In this document: piece by piece, positions 52,066 to 64,000 of the stretch
Layout of the letters: each line of letters begins with the position of its first letter
How positions within the stretch are numbered: the stretch's first letter is position 1
DNA from: Mobula hypostoma
Lineage: Eukaryota
Length of the DNA: 64,000 nt
Assembly: GCF_963921235.1 (NCBI RefSeq)
Contig: NC_086116.1
Location: 61,382,001-61,446,000 of the forward strand
Direction of reading: 5' to 3'
Notes under the pieces: model-generated
Database searches by the model: none
The model's input: only the letters and a program-made list of their open reading frames with translations
Told to the model about the DNA's origin: nothing
Made by a program: the position numbers and the translations under genes

Positions 52066-53079
52066 TCTCTACATCCTGGTCTACTTTGTGACTTCTGCAA
52101 ATCAGAGCAAGGGCTGCCATTTCTGATGGAGCACATTCCAGGAGGTTCCATAACAACCTCGTTCTTCCATCACCCTGTCTCCACATTCTCTCCTTTAGTT
52201 AATTAACTGAACTGCCTGACTACATCAGGCAGCAAGCAGAAAGGCTTCCAGTTTGATTTGTCTTGTCTCCATCATATTGCACTCTATAATGATTGAATCA
52301 AAGTGTTTTAAGATTCTTTTAAACTAACTTCTTGTTAGTTAGCATTTCTTGCCCTACTTGGCCTGCTGCAGCATCCTAGAAATTTTTATTAAACTCCAAG
52401 AGATTCTGGAGCAGGCTGAGAGGATTTGGCAGCACCTTGTAGAGCTAGCATCCCTGGGTTGATATATTCCTGGAGATATCTTTGCATGACTTGTTATCCT
52501 CAGTTGCTGGTCCCCTCTTGCCATTAGTCATCCCACACATTGGTCACCTTCCAGCGCTTTTAACTTCCAATGCCATTTGTAAAGTTCATGACTAGACCAG
52601 ATAAAGTTTATTCTTTATCTGGTCTAGTTTTTCTGGCATAAGGAACAAACTAAGAAAATACAACAAATGTACTGGACAAAGTTTCAGGAGCCTGAAGGCA
52701 CACACTCAACAATTCAAGAGCAGTTTCTTCCACTCTGCCCTCAGATTTCTGAATGAACATTGAACCCATGAACACCACCTCACTACATTTTTTTTTCTTT
52801 TTGCACTACTTATTTAATTTAACTTTAAATATGTATATATATTTACCCTAATTTACAGGTTTTATTATTACGTATTGCAATGTACTGATGCCATATAACA
52901 ACAAATTCTGTGACATATACCAGTGATATTACACCTGAGTCTGATTCTGAATTCTTCCAGCATTTTGTTTGTGAGGCGTCTGGGACAGGAATCTTTCTCT
53001 GGAGAGTCTCTTGAGTTAGTACCAAGGTGACTTAAGGATCTGCTGTCCCTCACCATGTCTCTTTTTTATTCCTTACTAG

Positions 53080-53292
53080 CCTACCCTTGAGGTTTTGGGT
53101 GAACGTGATCAAGAACCCCCAGTTTGTCTTCGACATCCACAAGAGCAGCATCACGGACGCCTGCCTTTCGGTCGTCGCTCAGACATTCATGGACTCCTGT
53201 TCGACTTCAGAGCACAGACTGGGCAAGGACTCCCCATCCAACAAGCTGCTGTACGCCAAGGACATCCCCAACTACAAGAGTTGGGTGGAAAG
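53080..53292 (+). CDS. PLXNA4: Plexin-A4-like coding exon with the GAP LRFW motif ([21 protein letters not shown]...[15 protein letters not shown])
   Basis: TAG acceptor, AG|GTCAGA donor, 213 nt, in phase; overlaps ORF 53087..53446. Confidence 0.95.
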
Positions 53293-56167
53293 GTCAGAAA
53301 TGAACTTCCATATTTTGAAAGGTCTAGATAGAGTGGACGTGGAGAGGATACTTCCTATAGTGCTGAGTCTAGGAACAGAAGGCACAGCTCAGAATAGAGG
53401 GGCGTCCCTCTATAGCACAGAGATGAAGAGGAATTTCTTTAGCTAGAGTGTGGTGAATCATTGGCACAGACAGCTGTGGAGGCCTAGTTTAAAGCGGAGG
53501 TTGACAGGTCAGAGGTTATGGGAAGAAGGAGCTGAGATGGATCATACATCAGCCATGATGGAATGGTGGAGCAGACTCACTGGGCTGAATGGCCTAATTC
53601 TGCTCCTAGGCCTTCTGGTCTAATGAGCTTCTGCAGTGGCTCAGTGCATTCCTGATGACTACCAGATTATAAGCATCTTGCCCAAATGCTGCTGCTATAC
53701 GTTGTTCTCTTAGTTCCTCTGTAACCCATGCCCATGCATAATGAGAAAAATCTTTTACACCCTGGTGAAATATTCAGTCAAACTGGCACTGTATGCACTT
53801 AGCCAATACTTTTTTCCTCTAATTTCTTCAAGGAAAAGTACAAAGAATTATCTTTATCCTGCCTCACTTTCTTTTATTTCCTGGGTTTATTTTCTTATTT
53901 ATTCATTTAGAGGTACAGCGTGGAACAGGCCCTTCTGGCTCAATGGGCATCGCACTTCTTTAATCACAGGACAATTTACAATGAGCAATTAACCTCCTAA
54001 CCCACACGTCTCTGGCTCGTTTCCCGCTGCTGCCATCAGGTGAATGGTACAAAGCCGTCAGGACTTGCACCACCAGGTTTAAGAGCAGTTACTACCCCTC
54101 AACCATCAGGCTCTATACACTCATCTATTCAGGTGTTCCCGCAGCAAGTTTAAGAATCTCACTTTAAGGACTCTTTATCTTGTTATTTCATGCTCTCATT
54201 ATTTATTGCTGTTTACTTATATTTGCATTTGTACATTTTCGTGTCTTCTATGCTCTACACGATCTTTCATTGATCCCGTTTACAGTTACTGTTCTATAGA
54301 TTTGCTGCGTATGCCCGCAGAAAGAGAATGTCAGGGTTGTATGTGGTGACATATATGTACTCTAATAATAAAATTTACTTTGAAATGTTGAACTTTGAAC
54401 TCCGAATGTGGGAGAAAACTGGAGCATCGAGAGGAACATACAGTCTTCTTACAGGGAGTGTTGGAATTGAGCTCCAAGATCCAAGCTGTAATAGTGCGTG
54501 CTAACTACTACTAGGATGCAGTGTGTAGATTTTCATGTTAGAAGGCTCCAGTTCACCCTGGTGGATTGGCAGCCTCACTGGACTGCTAGTGAAATGTGGG
54601 GAGAGAGCAATAGATAGGCAATGGGGAGGGCAGAAAATGGCACCAGGCAGGAGGTGACATTCAGTCAAAATAATATGTGCTGGCATACCAGAACCAGGTG
54701 TCCGATGTCTGGGTCTTCAACAAGAGCCTGCCAGTTTGTCAGGACACCCTAGAGTGTCTGAAGGAAGATGGAGGTGAGCAGATGGTTTTTGTCTGAGTTG
54801 ACATTTCTGCCTCTCCTGCTGACAATATTGGTACTGGAATGTTGTTATAAAGAAATACTGAGATTGTCAGGGGAGTAACTGGCTCTTGGGAATAGTTTCT
54901 TTATTATTTCATATTTAATGTATTTCAGACACCCACAAGCAGTATATTATTATGGATATTTCTATTTTTCTGTCTAGAAACAAAAATAAACTGAAATTAT
55001 TCACTGTATAATAGGAAATATCCAATATGCACAGTATAGAATGTTCAATATGACATAAAAGTTTCTTTGTATTTACAGCACATTTTATTGAGTTGTGTAT
55101 TTTATTTAGAGATACGGCGAGGAACTGGTCCTTCTGGCCCCTGAACTGCTCTGCCCAGCAATCTACCAACTTAACCCCAGCCTAATTGCAAGACAATTTA
55201 CAATGACCAATTAACCTACTAACCCTTTGGACTGTACGTGGAGATTCGGAGCTCCCGGAGGAAACCCGTGTGCACACGGGAAGGGTGTACAAACTTTCTT
55301 ACAGATGATGCCAGAATTGAATTGCGAACTCTGACACTCCAAGCTGAAGTAGCATCATGCTAACCACTCTGTTACTGTGGCATCCCAACAGTATGGTAAC
55401 ATAGTGGTTAGCACAGCACTTTACAGTGCAGGTGACCCGGGTTCAATGCCTGCCACTGCCTGTAAGGAGTCTGTATGTTCTCCCCGTGACTGCTTGGGTT
55501 TCCTTCAGGTGCTCTGGTTTCCTCCCACAGTCCAAAGACGTACTGGTTGGCAGGTTAATTGGTCACTGGGCTAGGATTAAATCAGAGGACTGCTGGGCGG
55601 TGTGGCTCAAAGGGCCGGAAGGATCTACTCCACACCATATCTCAATAAAATAAATAAGTAAATAAATTGTATGAAGGGTCATTTGGCCTCTGGGGTCAAT
55701 GTTATATTAATACCCTGCTCCAGTCTCTCTTTCCTTCTAAATCTATATGCTATTTGTCAATTCATGTACGTGGGCATTGCTGACAATTATTTTTCATCCC
55801 TAGTTAGCAACAGGGTGAAGGGATTTGGGGGTCAATGTTCTTGTTATGTTTCATGCAGGGGAAAAGGGTTTTGGGGTCCAGTGTTCTTGTTGCATTTTGT
55901 GAGGGGGAGAGGGGTTTGGGGGAGGCTTGATGATTATGTTCTTATTCTGTTTTTTTGTGGGGTGGGTAGGTTTCTCTTTGAATCTGATTCACAAAGTTTG
56001 CTTTGTTTCGTGGCTATCTGGAGAAGGAGAATGAGCCTTTGGACCATTAGAGAATTTTCTACAGGTGTCTCTATATATATTTATATATGTGTGTGTTGTT
56101 GTCGTTTGTCCATCGTACGTCGATGAGGACCTCGACACCATTATTGATGGTGTCGAGACTAACGTGT

Positions 56168-56168
<1 letters not shown>

Positions 56169-56213
<45 letters not shown>
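56169..56213. repeat. (CA)n microsatellite
   Basis: About 22 perfect CA units. Confidence 0.95.
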
Positions 56214-56218
<5 letters not shown>

Positions 56219-56222
56219 GTAT

Positions 56223-57448
56223 ATGTAGACAAAAGAACACTCCAAGCAACTCCACAAAACGGTTATTGAAAACAACAGGTCACGAGATGGATATAAGAAA
56301 ATTTCCAAGTCACCGAATATCCCTTGGAGTACAGTTAAGTCAATCATCATGAAATGGAAAGATTATGGACTCAGCTGTAAATCTGTCTAGAGCAGGCTGT
56401 CCTCATAAACTGAGTGACCGTGGAAGGAGGGGACTAGTGAGGGAGGCCATCAAGAGACCTATTAAAACTCTGGAGGAGTTACAAGCTTCAGTGGCTAAGA
56501 TGGGAGAGACTGCACATACGACAACTGTTGCCCAGGTGCTTCACCTGTCACAGTTTTATGGGAGAGTGGCAATGAGAAAGTTACTGTTGAAAAAATCTCA
56601 CATGAAGTCTTAGCTAGAATTCACCAGAAGGCATGTGGGAGATTCTGAAGTCAACTGGAAGAAGATTCTATGGTCTGATGAAACCAAAATTGAGCTTTTT
56701 GGCCATCAGATTAAACACTATGTTTGGCATAAGCCAAGCACCACATAACATCAAAAATGCGCATCCCTGCCGTGAAGCACGATGGTGGCTGTATCATGCT
56801 ATCGAGATGCTTCACTGTAGCAGGCCTTGGAAGGCTTGTAAAGGTAGAGGGTAAAATGAATGTAGCAAAATACAGGGAAATCCTGGAGGAAAACCTGATG
56901 CAGTCTGCAAGAGAATTGCGACTCGGGAGAAGATTTGTTTTCCAGCAAGACAATGACCCCAAGCATAAAGCCAAATGGCTTAAAAGCAGCAGTTAATGTC
57001 CTGGAGTGGCCAAGTCAGAGTCCAGATCTCAATCCAGTGAGAATTTGTGGCTGGATTTGAAAAGGGCTGTTCACTCATGATCTCCAAGCAATCTGACAGA
57101 GCTTTGAACAGTTTAGTAAAGAAGAATGGGGAAAAATTACAGTGTCCAGATGTCCAAAGCTGACAGAGACCTATCCGCACAGACTGAAGGCTGTAGTTGC
57201 TGCCAAAGGTGCATCTACTAAATACTGACTTGAAGGGGTGAATATTTATGCAATCAATTATTTTGTGTTTTACATTTGTAATTAATTTAGATCACTTGGT
57301 AGAGATCTGTTTTCACATTGACACAAAAGTCTTTTTCTGTTGAATGTGTCAAGAAAAAGCCAAATTAAATCCACTGTGATTCAATGTTGTAAAACAATAA
57401 AACGTGAAAACTTCCGGGGGGGGGGGTGAAAACTTTTTACAGGCTCTG
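56223..57448 (+). mobile_element. Degenerate Tc1/mariner DNA transposon (left TIR not found; right IR/DR-type end retained)
   Basis: Broken transposase 56223-57228 (GYKKISK, WSDETK, VKHDGG, FQQDNDPKH, WPSQSPDLNP); GGGGTGAA repeats at about 57235 and 57423; ends ...AGGCTCTG followed by TA. Confidence 0.88.
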
Positions 57449-59915
57449 TATATGTTCCTGGATTCTCCACATATATTCTCTACATCTGGCTGATGGTGGC
57501 AGTGCTCTCCTAACATCACAGCTGCTTACAGGCAACAGAATGGCACACACCCATCTATCATGCCACCACATTCCCTGTCATCGAAAGATTTGGATAGTTG
57601 TGTTAAAATATTAATAATAAATATGTATACATTATAGAATTCTCTAACCCTACCTAGGCCTCTAAGGGGATAAGAGAAAAGAATAGGATTTTATAACATT
57701 CCTTTATTCACACTTCCTTCTTTGAAATTCTACCCTGGTGGGACTTGAACTCTTATCTGGCATGCTACCATATCCATCTGATCTAGGTCTTTTCACCCAA
57801 TCAGCTTCCCTTTCGTTGAACCCCGTGTGTGCGGTACAATGTTCTCACCACTCTCCCAGTGCAAAGATGTTTCTCCTATGGATTTACTGGCAAATCTTTT
57901 ATAATTATTTCCAGATGTTTTGATCTCCTCTACAAGTGCAAGCAACTTTTCTGTGTGCACCTATCTGCAGCGTTGAAGTTCAAGTCACGCAGAGAAAAAC
58001 TCAAGACGTTTTGGCTTCTTATAACCCTGTGAAATAAAAGGCTTTCGGAAGGGGTGGTGCTTTCAATGGAAACATACAGTGTCTTTCACAGAATGTATAA
58101 GATTTCAGAAGTGAACTCAAGCCTCCCAAGAGGTGCAAAACCCCATGTTGGGACATAATCTTGTTTTCCTTTAATTAGAAAGCCACTGTTGCTGTTGTGG
58201 ACAGGTGTGAATTGCAATTCCGAGTCCCATTGAGTCATTGGATTTGCGCTGTCGGAGAAGATGCTTTCACCCAACAATCCTGCACTAATTGGCATGCTGT
58301 TGGTAGCGGATAATCAAAGATTTCCTTGTTCCTCATGGAAAGCAATTTATTCCCACAACCTAGCCCAGATTTCCATCCCCATCTGCTGCAGCTGACGTTA
58401 TCTCTAACAATCTGACACACCAACTGATTAAGTTTCTTGAGTGGGTGTAAAAATTCAACAACATGTTTTTTTTTTGGAAAAGAACAGGCAGCTTTTCTTC
58501 CAGATTACCAGAAAGCAGGCATTATTGGCAACTCGAGCACTGATGGCAAGCTGAATTGTTGAGCCACTGCAGTCCATGTGCTGAAGGTACTGCCATGGAA
58601 GGAGCTCAAGGATTTTGTCCATCAGTGATGATGGTGCCTTCCCTGTTGCCCCTCATCCAATCCCACTAAAGCCAGATTCCTTGATCATTATCAATTACTT
58701 ATCATCAAAGCTGGACTGGCTCCTTTCTTTACATTGTAGCAGGGACCTGCACATCAGAAGACCCTAGGGGCTGTTTGTGATGGACTCCAGCATGGGAACG
58801 TTGGTCCAGGATCTCCCCTCATACCTGAGTTTATTCCCTTGCCTTTTGACTGAATGACCCACAGATGATTTATGGAGGAGGTGGCTGCTCTTGACTTCAA
58901 TCCCTGCATAATGCACTCTGATACAAGTCTCAGATTCGGATTCAGATTGATTCATCACATGTATATTGAACTGTAGTATTAGCAACCAACATGCCAAAGA
59001 GTGTGCTGGGGACAGCCTTCAAGTGTCACCAAACATTCTGGTGTCAACATAACATGTCCACCATGCCCAGCAGAACCACACGGAACACAAAACAGAACAT
59101 AGCAGGGGACAAAGCAACAGCAGCAACACAAACCCTGTTCCTCCTTCCCACTCAATCCAAGTTCATCCACTAGATATTTGTGAAAAACCAAGATGACAAC
59201 AGCCAGTCCAATCCTGTCCTGAGCCCTAGACAAAAATGGAAATGCTAGAAGAACTCTACCAGTCATCAGCCTCTGTGGAAGAAGAAACCATAGACCTCCC
59301 ATCAGAACACTTAGAATTTTGTTTTGATACCTGACCTGTTTTAAACCTGAAACATATTGTCTCACACCCTCAGGTAACCAGACTCTTCCTGGTACTGTAT
59401 GTGCAGGGAGAACAGGCATCATGAATATAAAGGAGTGGGACCACATACAGGGCAGTTTGAGGAAGCTACTCTTTGTAACACTTACAAAATGCTGGAGGAA
59501 CTCAGCAGGTCAGGCAACAGTCGATGTTTCAGGCCAAGACTCTTCATCACGATTGGGAAGGAGGGGAGAAGAAACAGCAGAAGAAGGTGGGGGAGGGGAC
59601 AGCTGTACAGGCTGGAAGATGTTAGGTGAAGCCAGGTGAGGGGGAAGATAGGTGGGTGGGGGAGGGAGGCGAGTGAGAAACTGGGAGGTGATGGATTGAA
59701 AAGGGAAAGGTGTGAAGAAGGAGGACAGTGATGGGGAGGAGAGTGGACCATGGGAGAAAGGGAAGGAGTGGCAGGTGAGCAGAAACACAGAAATCTACAG
59801 CACATTACAGGCCCTTGACCCACAATGTTGTGCCGATTATGTAATCTACTCTAGAAACTGCCTAGAATTTTCCTACCGCATAACCCTCTATTTTTCAAAG
59901 CTCCATGTGCCTGTT

Positions 59916-61317
59916 GGTGGTGGTGGCATCCGTTAGTCTCGCGAGACAGTGGATCTGCGCCTGGAAGGTCTTGCTTCAGTCTGTGTTAGAGCAGCGTCTG
60001 TCGTGGCTGTAGAGGCCCACATGGGAGCGACAGTCTCGGCTGCATCAACTGCACTTGAAAGCACTGTCCTCCAGTGTTGTCTTGGTGCTGTTTTTCCGAC
60101 GAGTGCGCTTTTCTTCAGCAGCAAGCCTCAGCTTCTCTTCTCCTCTTTTTTAGACCTCTGCGTAGTTCCAGCCTCCAGTGAGAGCGATCGCTTGTGATGT
60201 CCTCCCACCTCTCGACGTTCATTTTCAGTGACTTCATGTCTCTCTTGCAAACGTCTTTGAAACGAAGATGAGGCCGCCCTTGTGCTCTCTTGCCAGAGGC
60301 CAGTTCCCCGTACAGCAGGTCTTTCAGGATCCTCCCATCTGACATGTGGTGTACGTGGCCCAGCCAGCGGAGATGGCGTTGTTGGAGCAGGGTGAAGAGG
60401 CAGGGTATCTGGGCGTGGGCCTGGACCTCATTGTTGGTGACTCAGTCAGTCCACGTGATGTCCAGGATGCGTCTCAGGCTGTGAAGGTGGAAGGCGTTGA
60501 GACGCTGCTCTTGTCTGGAGTAGAGGCTCCAGGTCTTGCTGCCGTAAAGCAGTGTGCTGAGGACGCAGGCCCTGTAGACTGCAACTTTGGTGTGCGTCAT
60601 CAGCTTTCTGTTCTCCCAGACTCTCTTTGTCAGCCTGGTGAATGTTGAGGCTGCTCGTCCGATCCGTCTGTTGATCTCGGGGTCTAGGGAGAGGCTGTTC
60701 GTGATGGTGGAGCCAAGGTATGTAAACTCGTGAACTATCTCCAGCTCGTAGTTGTTGATGGTAATGGCAGGGGGGTGCTCAATGCCTTGGCCCAACACGT
60801 TGGTTTTCTTCAGGCTGACGGTCAAGCTGAAGTCCTGGCAGGCTCTTGAGAAGCTGTCCATGAGGCGTTGCAGTTGCTGTTCAGAGTGTGTTGCTAGTGC
60901 CACGTCGTCTGCAAACAACATATCCCTGATGAGTACTTCATGAACCTTGGTTCTTGCCCTCAGCTGAGACAGACTGAACAGCCTCCCGTCCGATCTGGTG
61001 TGGAGGTAGACACCATCAGTTGATGTTCCAAAGGCGTGCTTCAGCATGACTGCGAAAAGATGCCAAACAGGGTGGGGGCAAGCACACAGCCCTGCTTCAT
61101 ACTGCTGCAGATGTTGAAGGCCTCCGAAGAAGAGCCGTCGAACTGAACGACGCCCTGCATGTCTGTGTGGAACGACTGAATTATCCTGAGGAACCTCGGG
61201 GGACAACCAATCCTGGCGAGGATTTTGAACAGGCCGTCTCTGCTCACAAGGTCGAAGGTCTTCGTAAGGTCAATGGAAGCGATGTAGAGTGGTTGTCTTT
61301 GCTCTCTGCATTTCTCT
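59916..61317 (-). mobile_element. 5'-truncated RTE-clade LINE with frameshifted RT
   Basis: Minus-strand ORF pieces IDLTKTFDLV, KQGCVLAPTLF, DMLFADD, FTYLGS, VLSTLLYG, LLYGEL; (CAC)n-type tail; 8-bp TSD TGCCTGTT at 59908-59915 and 61318-61325. Confidence 0.9.
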
Positions 61318-63404
61318 TGCCTGTTAGAGTCTCTTAAAATACCCTATTGTATCCGCCTCCACCACTGTTGCCAGCAGTGCATTCCATGCACCCACCACGC
61401 CCTGTGTGAAAAAAGAAGAGAAGTGGTAAGAGGGGAGCCAGAATGGGGACTGGAAAGCAAATATTGTAATCACACATGACAGATGGTGTGTCTGCCCTCT
61501 GAGTCCCCATGTTACTCAGAAATACAGCATGTAGTCTGAGACACAGGAGGGTACACCTCTGTACTAACTGTATAAAACCCTTCAAGTGTTACCTAAATGG
61601 ACGCATGTTTGTCCCAAGAACTAAGGCTAGTGTACCACCTTATTCTCTAGACCAGCAGAAAGGATTTATCCGGCAATGAATGATGCTCCTTGTCCACTTC
61701 AAGTTCTTTGATTTATATCAATTGCTTGAAGTAAAAACAATAATATGAAGAATGGATTGAGAATTTTCTACAATATGAACCCAAAAAGTTAGAGAAGTGA
61801 TTCCTTAAAATTGATCTTAAACTTTATTGAACCTGACAAATTTATCCACTGGGAATAGACAGGCTCTGTCCCAGCGGTCTCCTTTAGTACTGCACTCTTA
61901 TCATTGGCAATGGCTAACAAATTCTCGGCACCTCTAAACATCAGGAAACTCAGTTTCCCGGTTGCTATTGAGCATCTAGTTAGAGTAATAGAATTGGTCC
62001 TTCACTAAGTTAACGTAAAATCTTTCATAGACTTGTGACCTAAAATGCACATTATTTATCTTTGATTAGAGATGGAAGATGTTGAAGATGGAACATAACA
62101 CTGGTACTCTGGGCTGGCTGGTTATAGTGGACTAGGTGGTTCAAAGTAAATGTATAATCAAAGTACACATGTGTCACCATATACAACCCTTTCTTGTGGG
62201 CATACTCAATAAATCCACAGTAGAATAATAACCATAACAGAATCAATGAAAGACCACACCAACTTCAACAATGTGGAAAAACCACATCAATCTGTAGCGC
62301 AGTGTCAGTTTTACAGTGTGGTATCACACTATAATGTGGTGAAATCTCTGTCACTGATGTGATATTCTACTTCGATGTGTGACCCCACGCTGGGATGAGG
62401 CCTTGCAGTGATTTGTCACCCAGCTCGAGGATGATAACCCCTACAGGGCTGAGACCCTACAATGATGCCATTGTGCCACCCCATGTTTGGGTAATAACCA
62501 ACAGCACGAGGCCACCCAACAACTGGATGTCCATCCCATCCAAAATGCACTGCAGAAAAGAGGAGGAATTTTAGATGGTGTTGGTTTATTATTGTCACAT
62601 GCTGAGATACATTGAAAAGCTTGTCTTGCCTACTGTTCATACAGATCAAGTCATTACACAGTGCATTGAGGTAGAACAAAGTAAAGCATTAATAATGCAG
62701 AATAAAGTACAACAATCACAGAGCAAGTGAAGTGCAGGTAGACAATAAGGTGCAAGATCACAATGGGGTACAGTACTGTGCTAATGTCTTAGGCACATAC
62801 ATATATAGTTTGTAAAATCTGGCAGGAGCAAAGAATGTTAGGAATGGTGAGGTTGGAGCGCTGCGGAGGGGGTGTGGGACAGGTGGCAGAGAAGGAGTGC
62901 CAGGAGCAGGGGATGCGGGGGTGTAGACACACCCTGCCCTGAGACACCAGGCAAGGTAATTTGATTGCAAACGATTGGTTTATTGATCATTACAGAATGT
63001 CTCTCTGGTGCTTCCTGTTCCTTCTCCTCTCCTTTCCCCTTTTCCCAACCATGATTCCCTTCTCCCTGCCCCCTTCCCACTCTCAGTGCACAATAGAGGC
63101 GTGTATCAAAATCAGGTTTATCATCACTCACATATGCAATGTCTTAGGCACATATATATAGCTAGGGTGCTTAAGACTTTTGCAGAGTACTGTAGATTGT
63201 GAGGTCAAAAGCCCATTGCATTGTCCAAAGTTTCGATAACAGTGGGGTTGATGTTGTCCTTGAGCATAGTGATGTAAAGAGTCTTAGTGTTTTCATTCTG
63301 CTTTGTGAAGATGCATCTTCTTACTGTCTTTAATTGTCAGTAAAGCTTCATGAAGTGGCAGAGATGGACCATGTAGCTAATTTGTCCATTTTTTTTTGTT
63401 GCAG

Positions 63405-63555
63405 GTACTATGCAGACATCGGAAAAATGCCAGCCATCAGTGACCAGGACATGAATGCCTATCTAGCGGAACAGTCCCGAATGCACATGGCTGAGTTCAA
63501 TGCAATAAGTGCCCTCAGTGAAATCTACTCCTATGTTAGCAAATACAGCGAGGAG
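63405..63555 (+). CDS. PLXNA4: Plexin-A4-like probable penultimate coding exon ([50 protein letters not shown])
   Basis: Poly-T tract and CAG acceptor, GAG|GTAATT donor, 151 nt, in phase; lies within ORF 63334..63624. Confidence 0.94.
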
Positions 63556-64000
63556 GTAATTCTTTATAATCACCTACATCAGATGTACAGTGAGATCTTG
63601 GAGTGCAGGTTCACAGTTCCCTAAAAGTGGCAACACAGCAGATAGGGTGGTAAAGAAGGCAAACAGCATATTGGTCAGGCTGCTGAGTATAAAGGTTGTC
63701 AAGTCATCTTGCAGCTGTACAAAACTTTGGACAGTCTACATTTTGGAGTTTTGTGTGCAGATCTGGTCACTGCAGTACAGGAAGTTTATCTCAGCTTTGC
63801 AAAGCATGCAGAAGACGTTTACTAAGGTGTTGCCTGAATGAGAGAGTATTGGACGTGAGGAGAGGCTGGGCAGACTTGGATTGTTTCCTCTGGAGTGTCA
63901 GAGGCTGAGGGGTAACATGATTGAAGTATATAAAATTATGAAAATGCATAGATAAGATAGACAGAACCATTTCCTGTGATGGAATTGTCAAATACTAGAG

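Noticed and set aside
56223..57228. Functional Tc1 transposase
   Set aside because: Stop at codon 2, further stops and frameshifts, damage near the final catalytic Glu, and left TIR not found
61465..62040. Possible third solo LTR starting TGTAATCAC with TATAAAA
   Set aside because: No matching CA terminus or TSD could be identified

Overview
Vertebrate genomic DNA, most likely from a cartilaginous fish (inferred from HE1/V-SINE-like, CR1, Rex1/Babar and Penelope-like repeat content). The whole window lies inside a class A plexin gene on the + strand, best matching PLXNA4. Seven GT-AG exons (18764-18923, 25226-25329, 34940-35039, 36523-36713, 46289-46458, 53080-53292, 63405-63555) splice in frame and encode the Rho-GTPase-binding domain and the second segment of the split GAP domain. 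I found no earlier exon in 1-18763, and the final exon lies beyond the window. The introns are dense with transposable elements: a young 5'-truncated CR1 LINE with an intact 557-aa RT ORF, a degenerate RTE LINE, a Tc1 relic, Tc1 MITEs, solo LTRs, Rex1/L2/CR1 fragments and tRNA-derived SINEs. The most interesting signal is about 16 Penelope-like terminal repeats carrying a minimal hammerhead ribozyme motif (CAGTC-CTGATGA-AGGGTCTCGGCCC-GAAAC-GTC-GACTG). One copy is intact. Five are fold-back (inverted) insertions whose inversion point falls inside the ribozyme, and one of these has a clean 14-bp target-site duplication. Repeat family names come from recalled motifs, not database searches, and fragment boundaries are approximate.
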